From Candidatus Pelearchaeum maunauluense (GTDB lineage Archaea > Thermoproteota > Nitrososphaeria_A > Caldarchaeales > Caldarchaeaceae), in assembly GCA_030059675.1 (NCBI GenBank), contig JANVYQ010000001.1, positions 307,032-371,031 on the forward strand: a stretch of 64,000 bases of DNA, written 5' to 3'. Shown in pieces: positions 50,197 to 60,432 of this stretch. Position 1 is the first letter of the stretch. Each line of letters opens with the position of its first letter. Under the pieces are notes generated by a model. That model did no database searches. It was not told the DNA's origin and was given only the letters and a program-made list of their open reading frames with translations. Position numbers and translations under genes: made by a program.

Positions 50197-50592
50197 CTAC
50201 TTATCCCTACCCTCTAGAAACGCCTTAAGCTCTGCGATGGATTTCCGCATGTCGAAGTCTGGCGTGTCCATCGGTATTCCTGTTGCGCGGGGTAGCTGAA
50301 GCCCCCTGCGCTGGAGCTCCTTCTCCAGCTCCTCAATCCACACACCCTTCCCAGGAACTATCTGGAACTGCTCAGGCGTGGCGTTGGGCCTACCGCCCCA
50401 GTTGGGGTTTCTACCAGTATAACGCACACCAGAGGAGGGGCTGCCGTCCAGCCCTATGAGGACAACATCACACCCCTCGCGCATATACTTCTCAATAACA
50501 TCAGCCGTAAACTGGGCGAGGAACCTACAGTGCCGCCTATATCCTGGGTTGTCATACTGGTCTTTTGTCTGCCACCACCTATTGACGCCCAT
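50197..50592 (-). CDS. Conserved hypothetical protein; the homologous reading frame extends upstream to ~50766 without a canonical start
   Basis: The same frame upstream of M(50592) reads ELAEQRRKVAFLAHCLLNQNAKVAEYARYPGVVHPVVDLLKQNGYQIEQLPCPELTF with no ATG/GTG/TTG after the TAG at ~50776. Confidence 0.5.
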   Translation of the reverse strand: MGVNRWWQTKDQYDNPGYRRHCRFLAQFTADVIEKYMREGCDVVLIGLDGSPSSGVRYTGRNPNWGGRPNATPEQFQIVPGKGVWIEELEKELQRRGLQLPRATGIPMDTPDFDMRKSIAELKAFLEGRDK

Positions 50593-50859
50593 GAATGTCA
50601 GCTCTGGGCATGGTAGCTGCTCAATCTGGTAGCCGTTCTGCTTGAGGAGGTCAACTACTGGATGGACAACCCCTGGGTAGCGCGCATACTCGGCGACCTT
50701 CGCGTTCTGGTTTAGCAGGCAGTGAGCCAGAAAAGCAACCTTACGCCTCTGCTCGGCCAGTTCTCCCCACCTCTATCCAGGCTTAAATGAGCTACACCAA
50801 AATATATTAAAGTAGTAAGCCATAGCCATAATCTAGGAATAACTTACTTAGGATAGCGT

Positions 50860-52302
50860 ATGCCAAATCCTAGGCTTGGCTTGAGTTTAACGGTCTATGG
50901 TGGGGCTGGCGAGATAGGGGGTAATAAGATTCTCCTCACCTGCGGTGAGACTAGGCTATTCTTGGATTTTGGTTTGAGCTTCTCCGCCAAGAGGCGCTTC
51001 TTCGGCACGTTCCTCCAGCCCCACAGGTATAGCCTGGTCCGTGATTACGTGCTCACAGGTGTTCTGCCAGGGATACGGGGCATCTATAGGCGAGACCTAC
51101 TTCACCACGCGGCCGAGCTTGATGATAATGAGCCAGCTGTTGATGCCGTCGTTGTGAGCCACGCTCACCTAGACCACTGCGGCCACGTCTCGCTGCTGAG
51201 GCATGATATACCAATACTGCTAGGCGAGGGAGCGCGGACAATAATAGCAGCACGCGAAATGAGCAGAAACTCATCAAGCATAGAAACGTCAATACTCCAC
51301 ACGGGGAAAAGCTCCGCCAGGGTTGTCAAGACGTTCAAAACTGGTGATGTCGTAAGAGTTAGAGAAATGCGGCTAGAACCTATTCATGTTGACCACTCCG
51401 TCCCAGCCGCTTATGGGATAATAGCAGAGACCACCGATGGTGTCGTAGCATATAGCGGTGATTTTAGGATTCACGGCCCCATGAGGAGCATGACGCGAGA
51501 CTTTATAGAGCGCTGCGTTGATAAAGGCGTTGACACGCTCATCATAGAGGGAACGCGTCTAGACGAGTATGAGGAGCATTCTGAAGATAATGTGCGCGAA
51601 GCCCTGACTGGGCATATCTCCAGCTCATCTGGGCGGGGTGTCGTAGTGCTTGTCGGCCTGCTGGACTTTGACAGGCTGCGCTCACTACTAGCTGCATGTG
51701 AGCAGACGGGCCGCGCTCTCATAATCTCGCTACGCCACGCCTTCCTCCTCAAACAACTCGCAGAAGCCGGGCTTCGTATTGATGTCCCAAAACTTGAGCA
51801 TGATAGGCTCATGGTCTATCATGAGCGCAGGGGAAGCGGGGCATTCAGCGACTCTGATTACCGAGGCTGGCTCTCCAAGTTCATACAGCAGCTTATGGAC
51901 GCCGGGGCGCCTCTAGTGCGGGATGAAGAGATAGCGAGAAGCCCCGAAAAGTATGTTCTCGCGCTCAGCCAGCCAGAGGACATAACTGAGCTGGCCAACA
52001 TAAAGCCACCCACAGGGAGCAGGTTCATCCTCTCCACATCAGAGCCGCATAATGAGGAGCAGATGCTTGAGATGGAGAAGATAAGAAACTGGGTGGACTT
52101 TATGGGAATGAGCTTCCACCACGTCCACGCCTCAGGCCACGCATCTGGGGGCGAGATAATCAACGTGATAGAGGAGATAAACCCGCGAAAGATAATACCA
52201 ATTCACACCGAGCAGCCAGGGCTGTTCGCCAAACTACTCAGAGAACGCGGATTGGGTACGATGGTCCACGAGCCGCGGCCAGGTGAAACCATTAAAATCT
52301 AG
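50860..52302 (+). CDS. Beta-CASP metallo-beta-lactamase ribonuclease (RNase J-like)
   Basis: YGGAGEIGGNKILL, VVSHAHLDHCGHV and a C-terminal HASGHA are present. 480 aa. Confidence 0.75.
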   Translation: MPNPRLGLSLTVYGGAGEIGGNKILLTCGETRLFLDFGLSFSAKRRFFGTFLQPHRYSLVRDYVLTGVLPGIRGIYRRDLLHHAAELDDNEPAVDAVVVSHAHLDHCGHVSLLRHDIPILLGEGARTIIAAREMSRNSSSIETSILHTGKSSARVVKTFKTGDVVRVREMRLEPIHVDHSVPAAYGIIAETTDGVVAYSGDFRIHGPMRSMTRDFIERCVDKGVDTLIIEGTRLDEYEEHSEDNVREALTGHISSSSGRGVVVLVGLLDFDRLRSLLAACEQTGRALIISLRHAFLLKQLAEAGLRIDVPKLEHDRLMVYHERRGSGAFSDSDYRGWLSKFIQQLMDAGAPLVRDEEIARSPEKYVLALSQPEDITELANIKPPTGSRFILSTSEPHNEEQMLEMEKIRNWVDFMGMSFHHVHASGHASGGEIINVIEEINPRKIIPIHTEQPGLFAKLLRERGLGTMVHEPRPGETIKI

Positions 52303-52328
52303 ACAATCCTCACCTCCAGTGCTGCTGC

Positions 52329-54531
52329 ATGTCTATCAGTAAGCCTCGGCATGCTGACGCTTTCCTGAGTGTTAGGGGAGAGCCCATCTTCACGGCAGAC
52401 CACATACCAAGTGAAGCTCTCTACGTAAAGGCTATACGCTCACGCTCTCATCAAGCGTGTTGATGTCTCTGAGGTGCTTAAGGTAAGGGGCGTAGCTGCG
52501 ATACTCACAGCGAAAGACGTGCCAGGTGAGAACCTGGCCTCAATAACCCTACCCGACAGGCCTTTTCTTGCTGTGGATAGGGTTAGGAGCATAGCAGACC
52601 CAATAGCGCTGGTCGTTTCAGACGACCCCCTAGCCGCCGACGAGGCTGCCGAGCTTGTGAAGATTGAGTACGAGCCCCTCCCCGTGGTGAGAGACCCGCT
52701 GAGCGCACTAGCCCCAGACGCGCCGAAGATACACAAAGACGGAAACCTGGCATACCACGCCAAAGTAAGGAAAGGCGACGTAGAACAAGGCTTCGCAGAA
52801 AGCGACGTAATAGTAGAGAATACTTACAGAACACCATACCAGGAGCCAGCTCCCCTAGAGACGGAAGCAGCATACGCTATACCAGAGCCTGATGGAGGCG
52901 TAAGGATAGTTGGGAGCATACAAAACCCGTTCTATACTCACTGGGGCGTTGCGCGTATCCTCGGTCTTCCACGCGAGAAGATACGCGTAGTAGCCGCTGC
53001 GATAGGCGGCAGCTTCGGGGGCAAGTCTGACGAAGCCCCCTGGGAGATATGCGCAATGACCACCCTCGCAGCGCTCAAGACAGGCAGACCAGCGGCATGC
53101 GTGTATGGGCGTGATGAGTCAATAATAGCCCACTCCAAGAGGCACCCGTTCATCATAAAGCATAAACTAGGCGCCGCCAGCGATGGCGCGCTCAAGGCGG
53201 CTGAGGTTGAGATATACGCCGACACAGGGGCTTACGCTTCTGTGGGCCCATTCGTGTTGATGCGCGCCGTAGTCCATCAACAGGGCCGTATGAGATACCT
53301 AACGTGAGGGTTGACGGCTACCTAGTATATACGAACAACACAGTCGCAGGCTCTATGCGCGGCTTCGGAAACCCGCAGGCCCACTTCGCCGCGGAGTCGC
53401 AGATAGATACACTAGCTAGGAAGCTCGGCATGGACCCGCTGGAGCTTAGGCTGAAGAACATCCTACGCAAAGGCTCCACCACGGCCACGGGGCAGGTCTT
53501 GAAGGAGGAGGTGGGCCTTTAAGAGTGTCTAATACACGTTGCTGAGCGGCTGTCATGGAATAGCCGCGAATATCCCCGCGATGTGCAGACTAGGCGTGGC
53601 TATGGTATTGCGGCGGTGTATCATGGAAATAGCCTAGGCCCAGAGGGGCTTGACAGGGCGTCCGCGCGTAGCCGTGGATAAGAGCGGCGCTGTGCGTGTG
53701 ATGATTGGACTTACCGAGTATGGGACAGGCGCTACATCAGGCCTAGCGCAGATAGCGGCGGAGGCTCTGGGGATAAGGCCAGAGCAAGTGGTCGTGGAGA
53801 GGGTTGACACGTCGCGCGTCCCAGAGTCGGGAGGGACGTTTGCCTCTAGAACTACCGTGATGGGCGGCAACGCTGTGAGGCTAGCAGCTGAGAAGCTTCG
53901 CGCAAGGCTGGAACACATGGCCAGCGAGGCTGGCTACAAGATAGAAAACGGCGAGAGCCTCCTAAGATTCGTATCGGAATATGTGGATGAGGAGGTAGCG
54001 GAATATGCTGAGTTCACCGCGCCAGAATGCGATTACGACCCTGAGAAGGGGTATGGGACGCCCTACGTGCAATACACCTACGGCGCCGTAGGTGTTGTCG
54101 TTGATGTGGATGCCGAGCTCGGCACGATAGCTGTTAAACGCGTCGTTGCCGCGTTTGATGTCGGTAGGGCGGTCAACCCCACGCTAGTTGAGGGGCAGAT
54201 AGAGGGAGCCATAGCCCAGGGGGTTGGATACGCCCTAACCGAGGAGCTTATACATGGAAAGGGTGGGAGGGTTCTCAACCCCAACCTAGCCGATTTCTGC
54301 ATCCCCACAGCGCTTGACACGCCTCCAATAGAGGCGGTTATAGTTGAGTATCCAGGAGTTATGGGCGGTCTTGGGGCCAAGGCTATAGCTGAGCCGCCGA
54401 TAAACGGGCCAGCGCCAGCGATAGCCAACGCTGTTGAAGACGCGGTGGGTGTGAGGATAACAAGCCTCCCGATAACCGCTGAGAAGCTGCTTACCGCTAT
54501 TCGGAGCCGCGCTGCTGGGCAGCAGACCTAA
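52329..54531 (+). pseudogene. Molybdopterin hydroxylase large subunit (CoxL/XdhB-like), three frameshifts plus one in-frame TAA
   Basis: Fragments: 52329-~52460 (MSISKPRHADAFLSVRGEPIFTADHIPSEALYVKA), 52474-53307, 53304-53522 (SMRGFGNPQ), 53523-~53690 and 53650-54531. The shifts lie near 52430, 53283 and 53660. The TAA at 53520-53522 is in frame (GL*ECLIHVAERL). Confidence 0.75.
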
Positions 54532-54970
54532 TGGCCTCAACTATCTTAGCGTATCCCGTGCATCTGCATAGGTTCCCAACCAAGGCGTGGCGTATCTCCT
54601 CCTCAGTAGGCTGCGGAACCCTATCCAACAAGCCCTTGGCTGTCATTATTATTCCAGGTATGCAGAAGCCGCACTGCGATGCTGCGAGCTCTATGAACGC
54701 TCTCTGGAGCGGGTGAAGCTCTCCGCCGCGCGATAGCCCCTCAAGTGTTGTTATCTCTCTGTCGCGGGCTTGTATGGCCAGCATGAGGCAGGAGTTTATA
54801 GGCTCCCCGTCAAGTAGCACGATACACGTCCCGCAGTCGCCCACGCTACAGCCTTCCTTGACGCTCTTCATCCCGAGTCTGCGGAGAACGTCTATCAGCC
54901 TCTCCCTACCCCTGACGATCACAGACACGTGCTCGCCGTTTAGCTTGAAGCTTATCTTATACCAGCTCAC
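54497..54970 (-). CDS. [2Fe-2S]-binding small subunit of Mo-hydroxylase (CoxS/CutS-like)
   Basis: CSVGDCGTCIVLLDG and QCGFCIPG...CRCTGY cysteine clusters are present. Confidence 0.9.
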   Translation of the reverse strand: MSWYKISFKLNGEHVSVIVRGRERLIDVLRRLGMKSVKEGCSVGDCGTCIVLLDGEPINSCLMLAIQARDREITTLEGLSRGGELHPLQRAFIELAASQCGFCIPGIIMTAKGLLDRVPQPTEEEIRHALVGNLCRCTGYAKIVEAIRSAAQQRGSE

Positions 54971-55863
54971 TATGCCTCTCCCCCTGTTATCATCTTTGCA
55001 GCGGCTTCTATCGCGCGGCGGGTGAGTATCTTAGATGCCTCGCGCCTGAATTCCCCAGACGCCCTAAAATCAGATGCAGGGCTTATCTCCCTCTCCATAA
55101 CCTCCATAGCCTCCCTGAGCATCTCGTAGCCTATGCGCTTACCCGTGAGGAACCGCTCAGCCTCATGCGCTCTCCCCGCCTCCCTGCCGCGTACCCTGTT
55201 GAGCGCAATCCTAATTTCATCCACAACATAATTGTCATCAAGCCTTAGCATGAGCGAGACCGTAACTATCCCTATCCCATTAGCTGCCCTCATCTCCAGC
55301 TTGTTAAACCACGTCCACGAGTTCTTGCCAAGGTCTTTGAAGAACACCTCTGTTATTATCTCGTCTTCGCGTAGCTCTGGTCTCCATGCTGGCGCTATTC
55401 TCTCTCCTTCTCTGCTCTTGATACGCGCGTAGCCCTCAAGAACGTGGAAGACCTGCACTAGGTCGCGCTCCCCGCCTGAGCTAATATTACCCCCAACCGT
55501 GGCCATGTTCCTTATGCTCCAAGAGCCGAAGTGGATATCCATGGCTTTGAAGCAGTAGTATCTCCTGCCCAGCCATGCTACTGAGCTGACTAGCTGGCTG
55601 ACGGCTGTTAGGGCACCTATCCTAACAATCCCGTTATCATGCTTAACATAGCGTAGCTCGCGGAGACCAGTAATATCAACAAGCCTACGCGGCCTCAACG
55701 CTCCACGCCGCATAGCTGGTATGATGTCAGTCCCGCCAGCGATTATGGAAGCGCCCCTACCCTCGCCAGCGAGATAGTCGAGCAAGTCCCCCATTCTGGA
55801 GGGAAGATAGATTTCCAGCTCAGGTATCTCCCTCGGCAGCCAACCCCAAGCAGAGCAAGCCAA
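54970..55863 (-). CDS. FAD-binding medium subunit of Mo-hydroxylase (CoxM/CutM-like)
   Basis: IIAGGTDIIPAMRRG and ATVGGNIS motifs are present. Its stop overlaps the start of the small-subunit gene. Confidence 0.85.
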   Translation of the reverse strand: MACSAWGWLPREIPELEIYLPSRMGDLLDYLAGEGRGASIIAGGTDIIPAMRRGALRPRRLVDITGLRELRYVKHDNGIVRIGALTAVSQLVSSVAWLGRRYYCFKAMDIHFGSWSIRNMATVGGNISSGGERDLVQVFHVLEGYARIKSREGERIAPAWRPELREDEIITEVFFKDLGKNSWTWFNKLEMRAANGIGIVTVSLMLRLDDNYVVDEIRIALNRVRGREAGRAHEAERFLTGKRIGYEMLREAMEVMEREISPASDFRASGEFRREASKILTRRAIEAAAKMITGGEA

Positions 55864-55925
55864 CCTAACTAATGTAGCTTAGCTTACGTAATGTTTAATA
55901 ATATACCTCATATTCTTGGCGGCCT

Positions 55926-56429
55926 GTGCTGAGTCTCCTCCTACACTGGGTTCACCTGCTTAGTGTTGTTGTGTGGATTGGAGGGGTCGCATATACCGTC
56001 CTCGTGATGCTTCCCAACATGCAGTTGATAGCCCTCCGCGACAGGGCTAGGCTGGTTCCGCGAATCTTGAGCCGCTTCCTCAAGATTGTATGGACCAGCA
56101 TAGCGTTGATAGCCGTTTCAGGACTCTACCGCGTGGTCGTAGTTCTCAACATAACGGGCATAGAGCCGCTACTCCTCTCACGCTACGGCAACATACTGAC
56201 GCTAAAGCTTCTGCTCGTTGCTGCGCTTATAGCTGTCGCGGCGAGCTTAACGGTCCGCATATATCCGCGAATAGTATCGCATGTAGCTACACACATTAAC
56301 GATGGGCCAGATGCGTACAAATGCCCCGCCTGTGGTAGTATAGTTGGGACGATTAGGCTGCATCTGAAGACAGGCCTAGCCCTCGCTGCGGTAATCATAT
56401 TCCTGGCCGCTACACTTCGTGGGGCTTAG
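55926..56429 (+). CDS. CopD-like membrane protein with C-terminal CPACG motif
   Basis: LHWVHLLSVVVWIGGVAY resembles the CopD/DUF2269-type first helix. Four TM helices and YKCPACGS. Confidence 0.45.
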   Translation: MLSLLLHWVHLLSVVVWIGGVAYTVLVMLPNMQLIALRDRARLVPRILSRFLKIVWTSIALIAVSGLYRVVVVLNITGIEPLLLSRYGNILTLKLLLVAALIAVAASLTVRIYPRIVSHVATHINDGPDAYKCPACGSIVGTIRLHLKTGLALAAVIIFLAATLRGA

Positions 56430-57636
56430 CCTTGACTAGTGGGAGGAGAAGTATTGAGAGTATGCCGATTATGGATATTGCTGTGAATGCCGCGTCTAGA
56501 GAGCCCAGCATGTTGTGCTGTCCTAGCAGCGCTACTATCACTGGCCCTGCGGCTGCTCCTCCTGTTGCGCCGACTCCCCAGACGATTGAGCCTGCTGTCG
56601 TGCTTGTTCCGCGTGTGGCTACGTCTGTTGAGAGGGAGAGGAGTAGCGGGAATCCCGTGTATGCGAAGAATCCGAAGCCAGCTAGGTAGAGTAGCATGAG
56701 GGGAGAGGTTTTATCAACTACGAGTAGGAGAAGCATGGCGGCCGCGCCCAGCACCGCTATTGAGAGCGCCGTGCGGCCGCCTATCTTATCAACCAGCGAG
56801 CCGAAGATAGGCTGGCCGACAATCCCCATAACGAACATTATGGATACGACAATACCGAGAAAATAGTCATAGCTCATGCCGCGCGACTCCACTAGGTAGG
56901 TGGGTATGAACTGCACGGCGCCTTCAGTTAGCGTGCTCCTGATAAACGCTGAGATTGTTAGGGCTATTAGGCTCACGGAAAGTATGTTCCTCATATTCGC
57001 CTCCTGCTGGTGTCTCTTTTCCCTCCGCGGCTGTACCACTATCATGTCGCGGAGTATCACAAATACCAGTGCTGAAACAGCTAGGGCTGCTATGGCGAGT
57101 ATCGTGAGCCCCATCAGCGCGAATGCCGAGACTATCATCATTACGAGTGTTGGGTATGTTGCGCGGCCTAGACTGCCGAAAGCCCCGTTCACGCCGAGTG
57201 CGAAGCCGCGTTTATAGGATTCCCACTTCTCGGCTAGTATCGTGGCCGCTAGGGGGTGGTAGAACGCGCTCCCAACGCCTACTAGGATTATTATCGGCAG
57301 GAGCGCTAGGAAGAGCGGGAGGCCGCTCAGGTAGAGTGTTGCGATGGACAGGCTTATGATGCCGAGGGCCATCATGGCTATCCCAAGCGCTAGAAGGGCG
57401 GCGAAGCGCCTGCCCCTATCGGAGAGACTGCCGACGAAGGGGCTTGCCAAGACCGAGGCTAGGTATAAGACACCAGCCACAACGCCCACATGCAGCTTGG
57501 AGAGGTCATAGTAGCTGATTAGTAGGGGGTATATCATGGGGAAGATGAAGAGCGTCCCATCGTTGATGAAATGCGCTATCGAGGTAGCTGCGAGGCTTCT
57601 CCACCGCTCACCGAGGCTTAGCTCCATATCTCCCAC
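56410..57636 (-). CDS. MFS transporter
   Basis: 408 aa with ~12 TM helices and GSLSDRGRR (the MFS motif A position). The GTG start directly abuts the argS stop. Confidence 0.75.
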   Translation of the reverse strand: MGDMELSLGERWRSLAATSIAHFINDGTLFIFPMIYPLLISYYDLSKLHVGVVAGVLYLASVLASPFVGSLSDRGRRFAALLALGIAMMALGIISLSIATLYLSGLPLFLALLPIIILVGVGSAFYHPLAATILAEKWESYKRGFALGVNGAFGSLGRATYPTLVMMIVSAFALMGLTILAIAALAVSALVFVILRDMIVVQPRREKRHQQEANMRNILSVSLIALTISAFIRSTLTEGAVQFIPTYLVESRGMSYDYFLGIVVSIMFVMGIVGQPIFGSLVDKIGGRTALSIAVLGAAAMLLLLVVDKTSPLMLLYLAGFGFFAYTGFPLLLSLSTDVATRGTSTTAGSIVWGVGATGGAAAGPVIVALLGQHNMLGSLDAAFTAISIIGILSILLLPLVKAKPHEV

Positions 57637-59562
57637 CTACATCTCCTCAAGTAGAGGTATGCCCAATACCCAGCAGACATTCTCCATCACTTGCCTGAAC
57701 GCCTTGACCAGGCCGAGTCTAAAGCGGGTAGTCTCCTCACCAGCGCCTAGGACTGGACACTTCTCGTAAAAGTCGTTAAACGTGCTTGAGAGCTCATGCG
57801 CATAGACGGCGAGGCGCTTGATTAGTAGGAGCTTCTCAACCTCCTCCATAACCAGCGGCATCTGGGCCAGCTTCCTGATAAGCTCCCTCTCCGCCTCGTG
57901 AAGCTCATCCGCGGGAGGCTTGACAGAATGCTCAGCCCAGCCAGACTTCTCCAAAATACGCGTGGCGCGCGCATAGCTATACTGGAGGTATGGGCCTGTA
58001 GCCCCCTCAAGGGAAGTAGCCTCCTCGGTATCAAAGACTATCATCTTCTCGGCGTCGCTCTTGAGTAAGCCGTATCTAAGAGCGGCCACAGCTATCTTCT
58101 CTCCCGTTTCTTCCAGCTTCTCCCTACTCCAGTCTGGGTGTCGTTTCGCCGCTTCCTCCGCGGCCTTCCGCTTGATTACATCTAAAACAGCGTCGGCGTT
58201 GATGTATATCCCCTCACGGCCACTCATGTGGGTAAACCTGCCGCCAACATCTACACCCAGCCGCTCAGCATCCCGCCTGCTCAACGTAACAACAGCATAA
58301 GCAAAATGTATGTAACGTCCCTCACCACCTCCTAGGGCCTTAACACCATACTTAACAGCCTCCTGCGGCCTCTTCTGCCTAGCGTCTATGACATTAACCG
58401 AGAGCCATGTCTCACCTAAGGTGAATCTCTCACCCCCCTCTGGGTCTGTTATTAGTATCCGCGTCCCGTCTGGGTTCTCGCCCCACACGCTATACGTGAA
58501 GTCTCGTTCAAGTAGGCCTAGCTTCCACGCTGCATAGGCAATATCACGCGCAACATATGTGGTTACGCCGTCGCTCTTGACCAGCACTTCGTCCCCCTCC
58601 CTGCTCAGCGTCGGGTGGCCTGCCAAGCTAATGAGCCAGCACCCCTTCTTAGGCCCGTCTTCCGCCAAGTAGATTATCCCACTCTTCTTGAGGCGTTCAA
58701 ATGTCTCGCGCCAGATGTCAAACGCTATGATGTCGCTCTCCCTGTTGAGTATGTCATAGCGCGCGCCCAGCCGCCAGCATGTGGAGAGCTGCTCGCGCAG
58801 TACGCGGCTAACGAGCCTACGGTTATACCTGAACGTCTCCGAGCCCGCGTCCTCAAGCTCGGCGATTATCCTACGCTTCTCCGCGGCAAGCTCGGCCTCA
58901 GACTCCACGCGCCTATTGACCTCTGCATAAACCCTGCCGCAGTACTCGTCAAACCTCTCTCCGTCTGGCGGCTGCTCGCTGTAGCCCAGCTTCCTAAACG
59001 CTAGGTGTATATCAGCCATCTGGTTCCCGCTGTCGTCTATGTAGTTGGCCACAACAACCCTGTAGCCGAGCTTTGTGAAGAGTCGCGCGAGGGTATCGCC
59101 CAGGCATACGTTGCGCGCATGGCCTATGTGGAGCGCCTTATTTGGGTTTACGCTGGTATGCTCCACTAAGACTGTCTTCCCCTCTCCAGAAGGCTTGAAT
59201 CCATACCTCTCGCGTTCTTCCAGAACCTCACCCACGATAGACTCGGCGAACAGCCCCCACCTAACCCTGAAGTTGATGTAGCCAGGCGCCACCGCCTCGG
59301 CTGATGACACGAGCTTCGCAGCAGAGAAATCCATCTTACGGACAGCCTCCTCAGCTATCTGTATCGGCGGTCTCCTCAGCTTCCTAGCCAGCTCAAAAGG
59401 CGCCGTGCTTGAAAGCTCGCCATAGCTGGGGTGCTTGGGCATCTCCAGCCTAGGCTCCTCTATACCTGCTTGCCTCAATAACCACGTTACCTCATCAATG
59501 AGTCGCCGCAAACCTACCACACATCCAGCGCAGTATATTGAGGGGGAGCTAGAGCCACCCAA
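57637..59562 (-). CDS. argS: Arginyl-tRNA synthetase
   Basis: HIGH-type motif NPNKALHIGHARN, an MSGREG (KMSK-equivalent) region and the C-terminal DALR anticodon-binding domain (AVYAHELSSTFNDFYEKCPVL). Confidence 0.9.
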   Translation of the reverse strand: MGGSSSPSIYCAGCVVGLRRLIDEVTWLLRQAGIEEPRLEMPKHPSYGELSSTAPFELARKLRRPPIQIAEEAVRKMDFSAAKLVSSAEAVAPGYINFRVRWGLFAESIVGEVLEERERYGFKPSGEGKTVLVEHTSVNPNKALHIGHARNVCLGDTLARLFTKLGYRVVVANYIDDSGNQMADIHLAFRKLGYSEQPPDGERFDEYCGRVYAEVNRRVESEAELAAEKRRIIAELEDAGSETFRYNRRLVSRVLREQLSTCWRLGARYDILNRESDIIAFDIWRETFERLKKSGIIYLAEDGPKKGCWLISLAGHPTLSREGDEVLVKSDGVTTYVARDIAYAAWKLGLLERDFTYSVWGENPDGTRILITDPEGGERFTLGETWLSVNVIDARQKRPQEAVKYGVKALGGGEGRYIHFAYAVVTLSRRDAERLGVDVGGRFTHMSGREGIYINADAVLDVIKRKAAEEAAKRHPDWSREKLEETGEKIAVAALRYGLLKSDAEKMIVFDTEEATSLEGATGPYLQYSYARATRILEKSGWAEHSVKPPADELHEAERELIRKLAQMPLVMEEVEKLLLIKRLAVYAHELSSTFNDFYEKCPVLGAGEETTRFRLGLVKAFRQVMENVCWVLGIPLLEEM

Positions 59563-59586
59563 GCCCTCGCTACGCTGCTATTTTAA

Positions 59587-60064
59587 AACTACCCACCGCA
59601 AGAGAGGCTCTCAATATGTAATTGGCTGTCCCGATCAGGATTTGAAGTGACAATCGTAGATCATACAGGAATTGACATTATAGCCTATAATCCGTTAACG
59701 AAGCAAAGGTTGGGTACTACAGTTAAATCTAGAACTAGGACTCCCGGAAAAGAGGATACTTCAGTCAATATTTTTCTTACAGGAAGGAGAAAAATGACCG
59801 CCAGAAACTTTTAGATGCGTGCGAAGCCTTTACCTGTGAGCCATGGATCGCTGTTTACGTAGAGACTTCAGATTCTGCCGACTTATATCTTACAAGCCTG
59901 AAGAATTATGATGAAAAGTACCGCGGTGGGGAGGAAAAGTAATCGACAAGTGGAAGATGAGGAAGAGGGATAAGGAGCGGTATGAGAAAGATCCCGAAGT
60001 AAAGCATATAGTAATCCATTTCGAGGCAAAAATTGGGACTGGCCGGGAAAGAAATGAGCATTAG
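59587..60064 (+). pseudogene. Remnant of a PD-(D/E)XK-like nuclease-fold gene (N-terminally truncated, at least two frameshifts)
   Basis: Three frames piece together SRSGFEVTIVDHTGIDIIAYNPLTKQRLGTTVKSRTRTPGKEDTSVNIF / KNDRQKLLDACEAFTCEPWIAVYVETSDSADLYLTSLKNYDEKYRGGEEK / VIDKWKMRKRDKERYEKDPEVKHIVIHFEA. No start codon follows the TAA at 59584-59586. Confidence 0.4.
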
Positions 60065-60136
60065 GGCTAAGAAAGGGAAAGGCTAGTATATTGCGAGCAC
60101 CACAACTACGAAGTGGACGAATATGAGTTCGAATAG

Positions 60137-60256
60137 AAGGGCTGCTATCGTTATTTCCGCTATGCCGAGGACTTTCCGTACGTAGATGTATCCGTAGCAG
60201 CCGAAATGCTCGGCGTTTCGAAGGCAACGGTCAGGCGGTGGGTAAATCGACGGTAA
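60137..60256 (+). pseudogene. Start-less remnant encoding an excisionase/MerR-type helix-turn-helix
   Basis: The frame reads KGCYRYFRYAEDFPYVDVSVAAEMLGVSKATVRRWVNRR*. The VSVAAEMLGVSKATVRRWV segment is a classic excisionase-family HTH. No ATG/GTG/TTG lies upstream in frame. Confidence 0.35.
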
Positions 60257-60432
60257 GTAGTTAGTACCTATATACAAAACTTGAAAGATCAACTTTTTCA
60301 CACCCCTCCACCAGACTCCCTTCAGCTCTACAACGTATGGAGGTTTCAGCAATGTGACCCTCGCTACGGTATGGGCTATCCAGGGAGATCCATAGGCAAA
60401 TAAAGCATGGGAAGCTAAGGGGCAGGCCGTTC

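Noticed and set aside
60268-60292. ACAAAACTTGAAAG as a third, degenerate copy of the CRISPR-type repeat
   Set aside because: Only the TTGAAAG tail matches. It is in the opposite orientation to the two perfect copies, and the rest of the 27-mer is absent.
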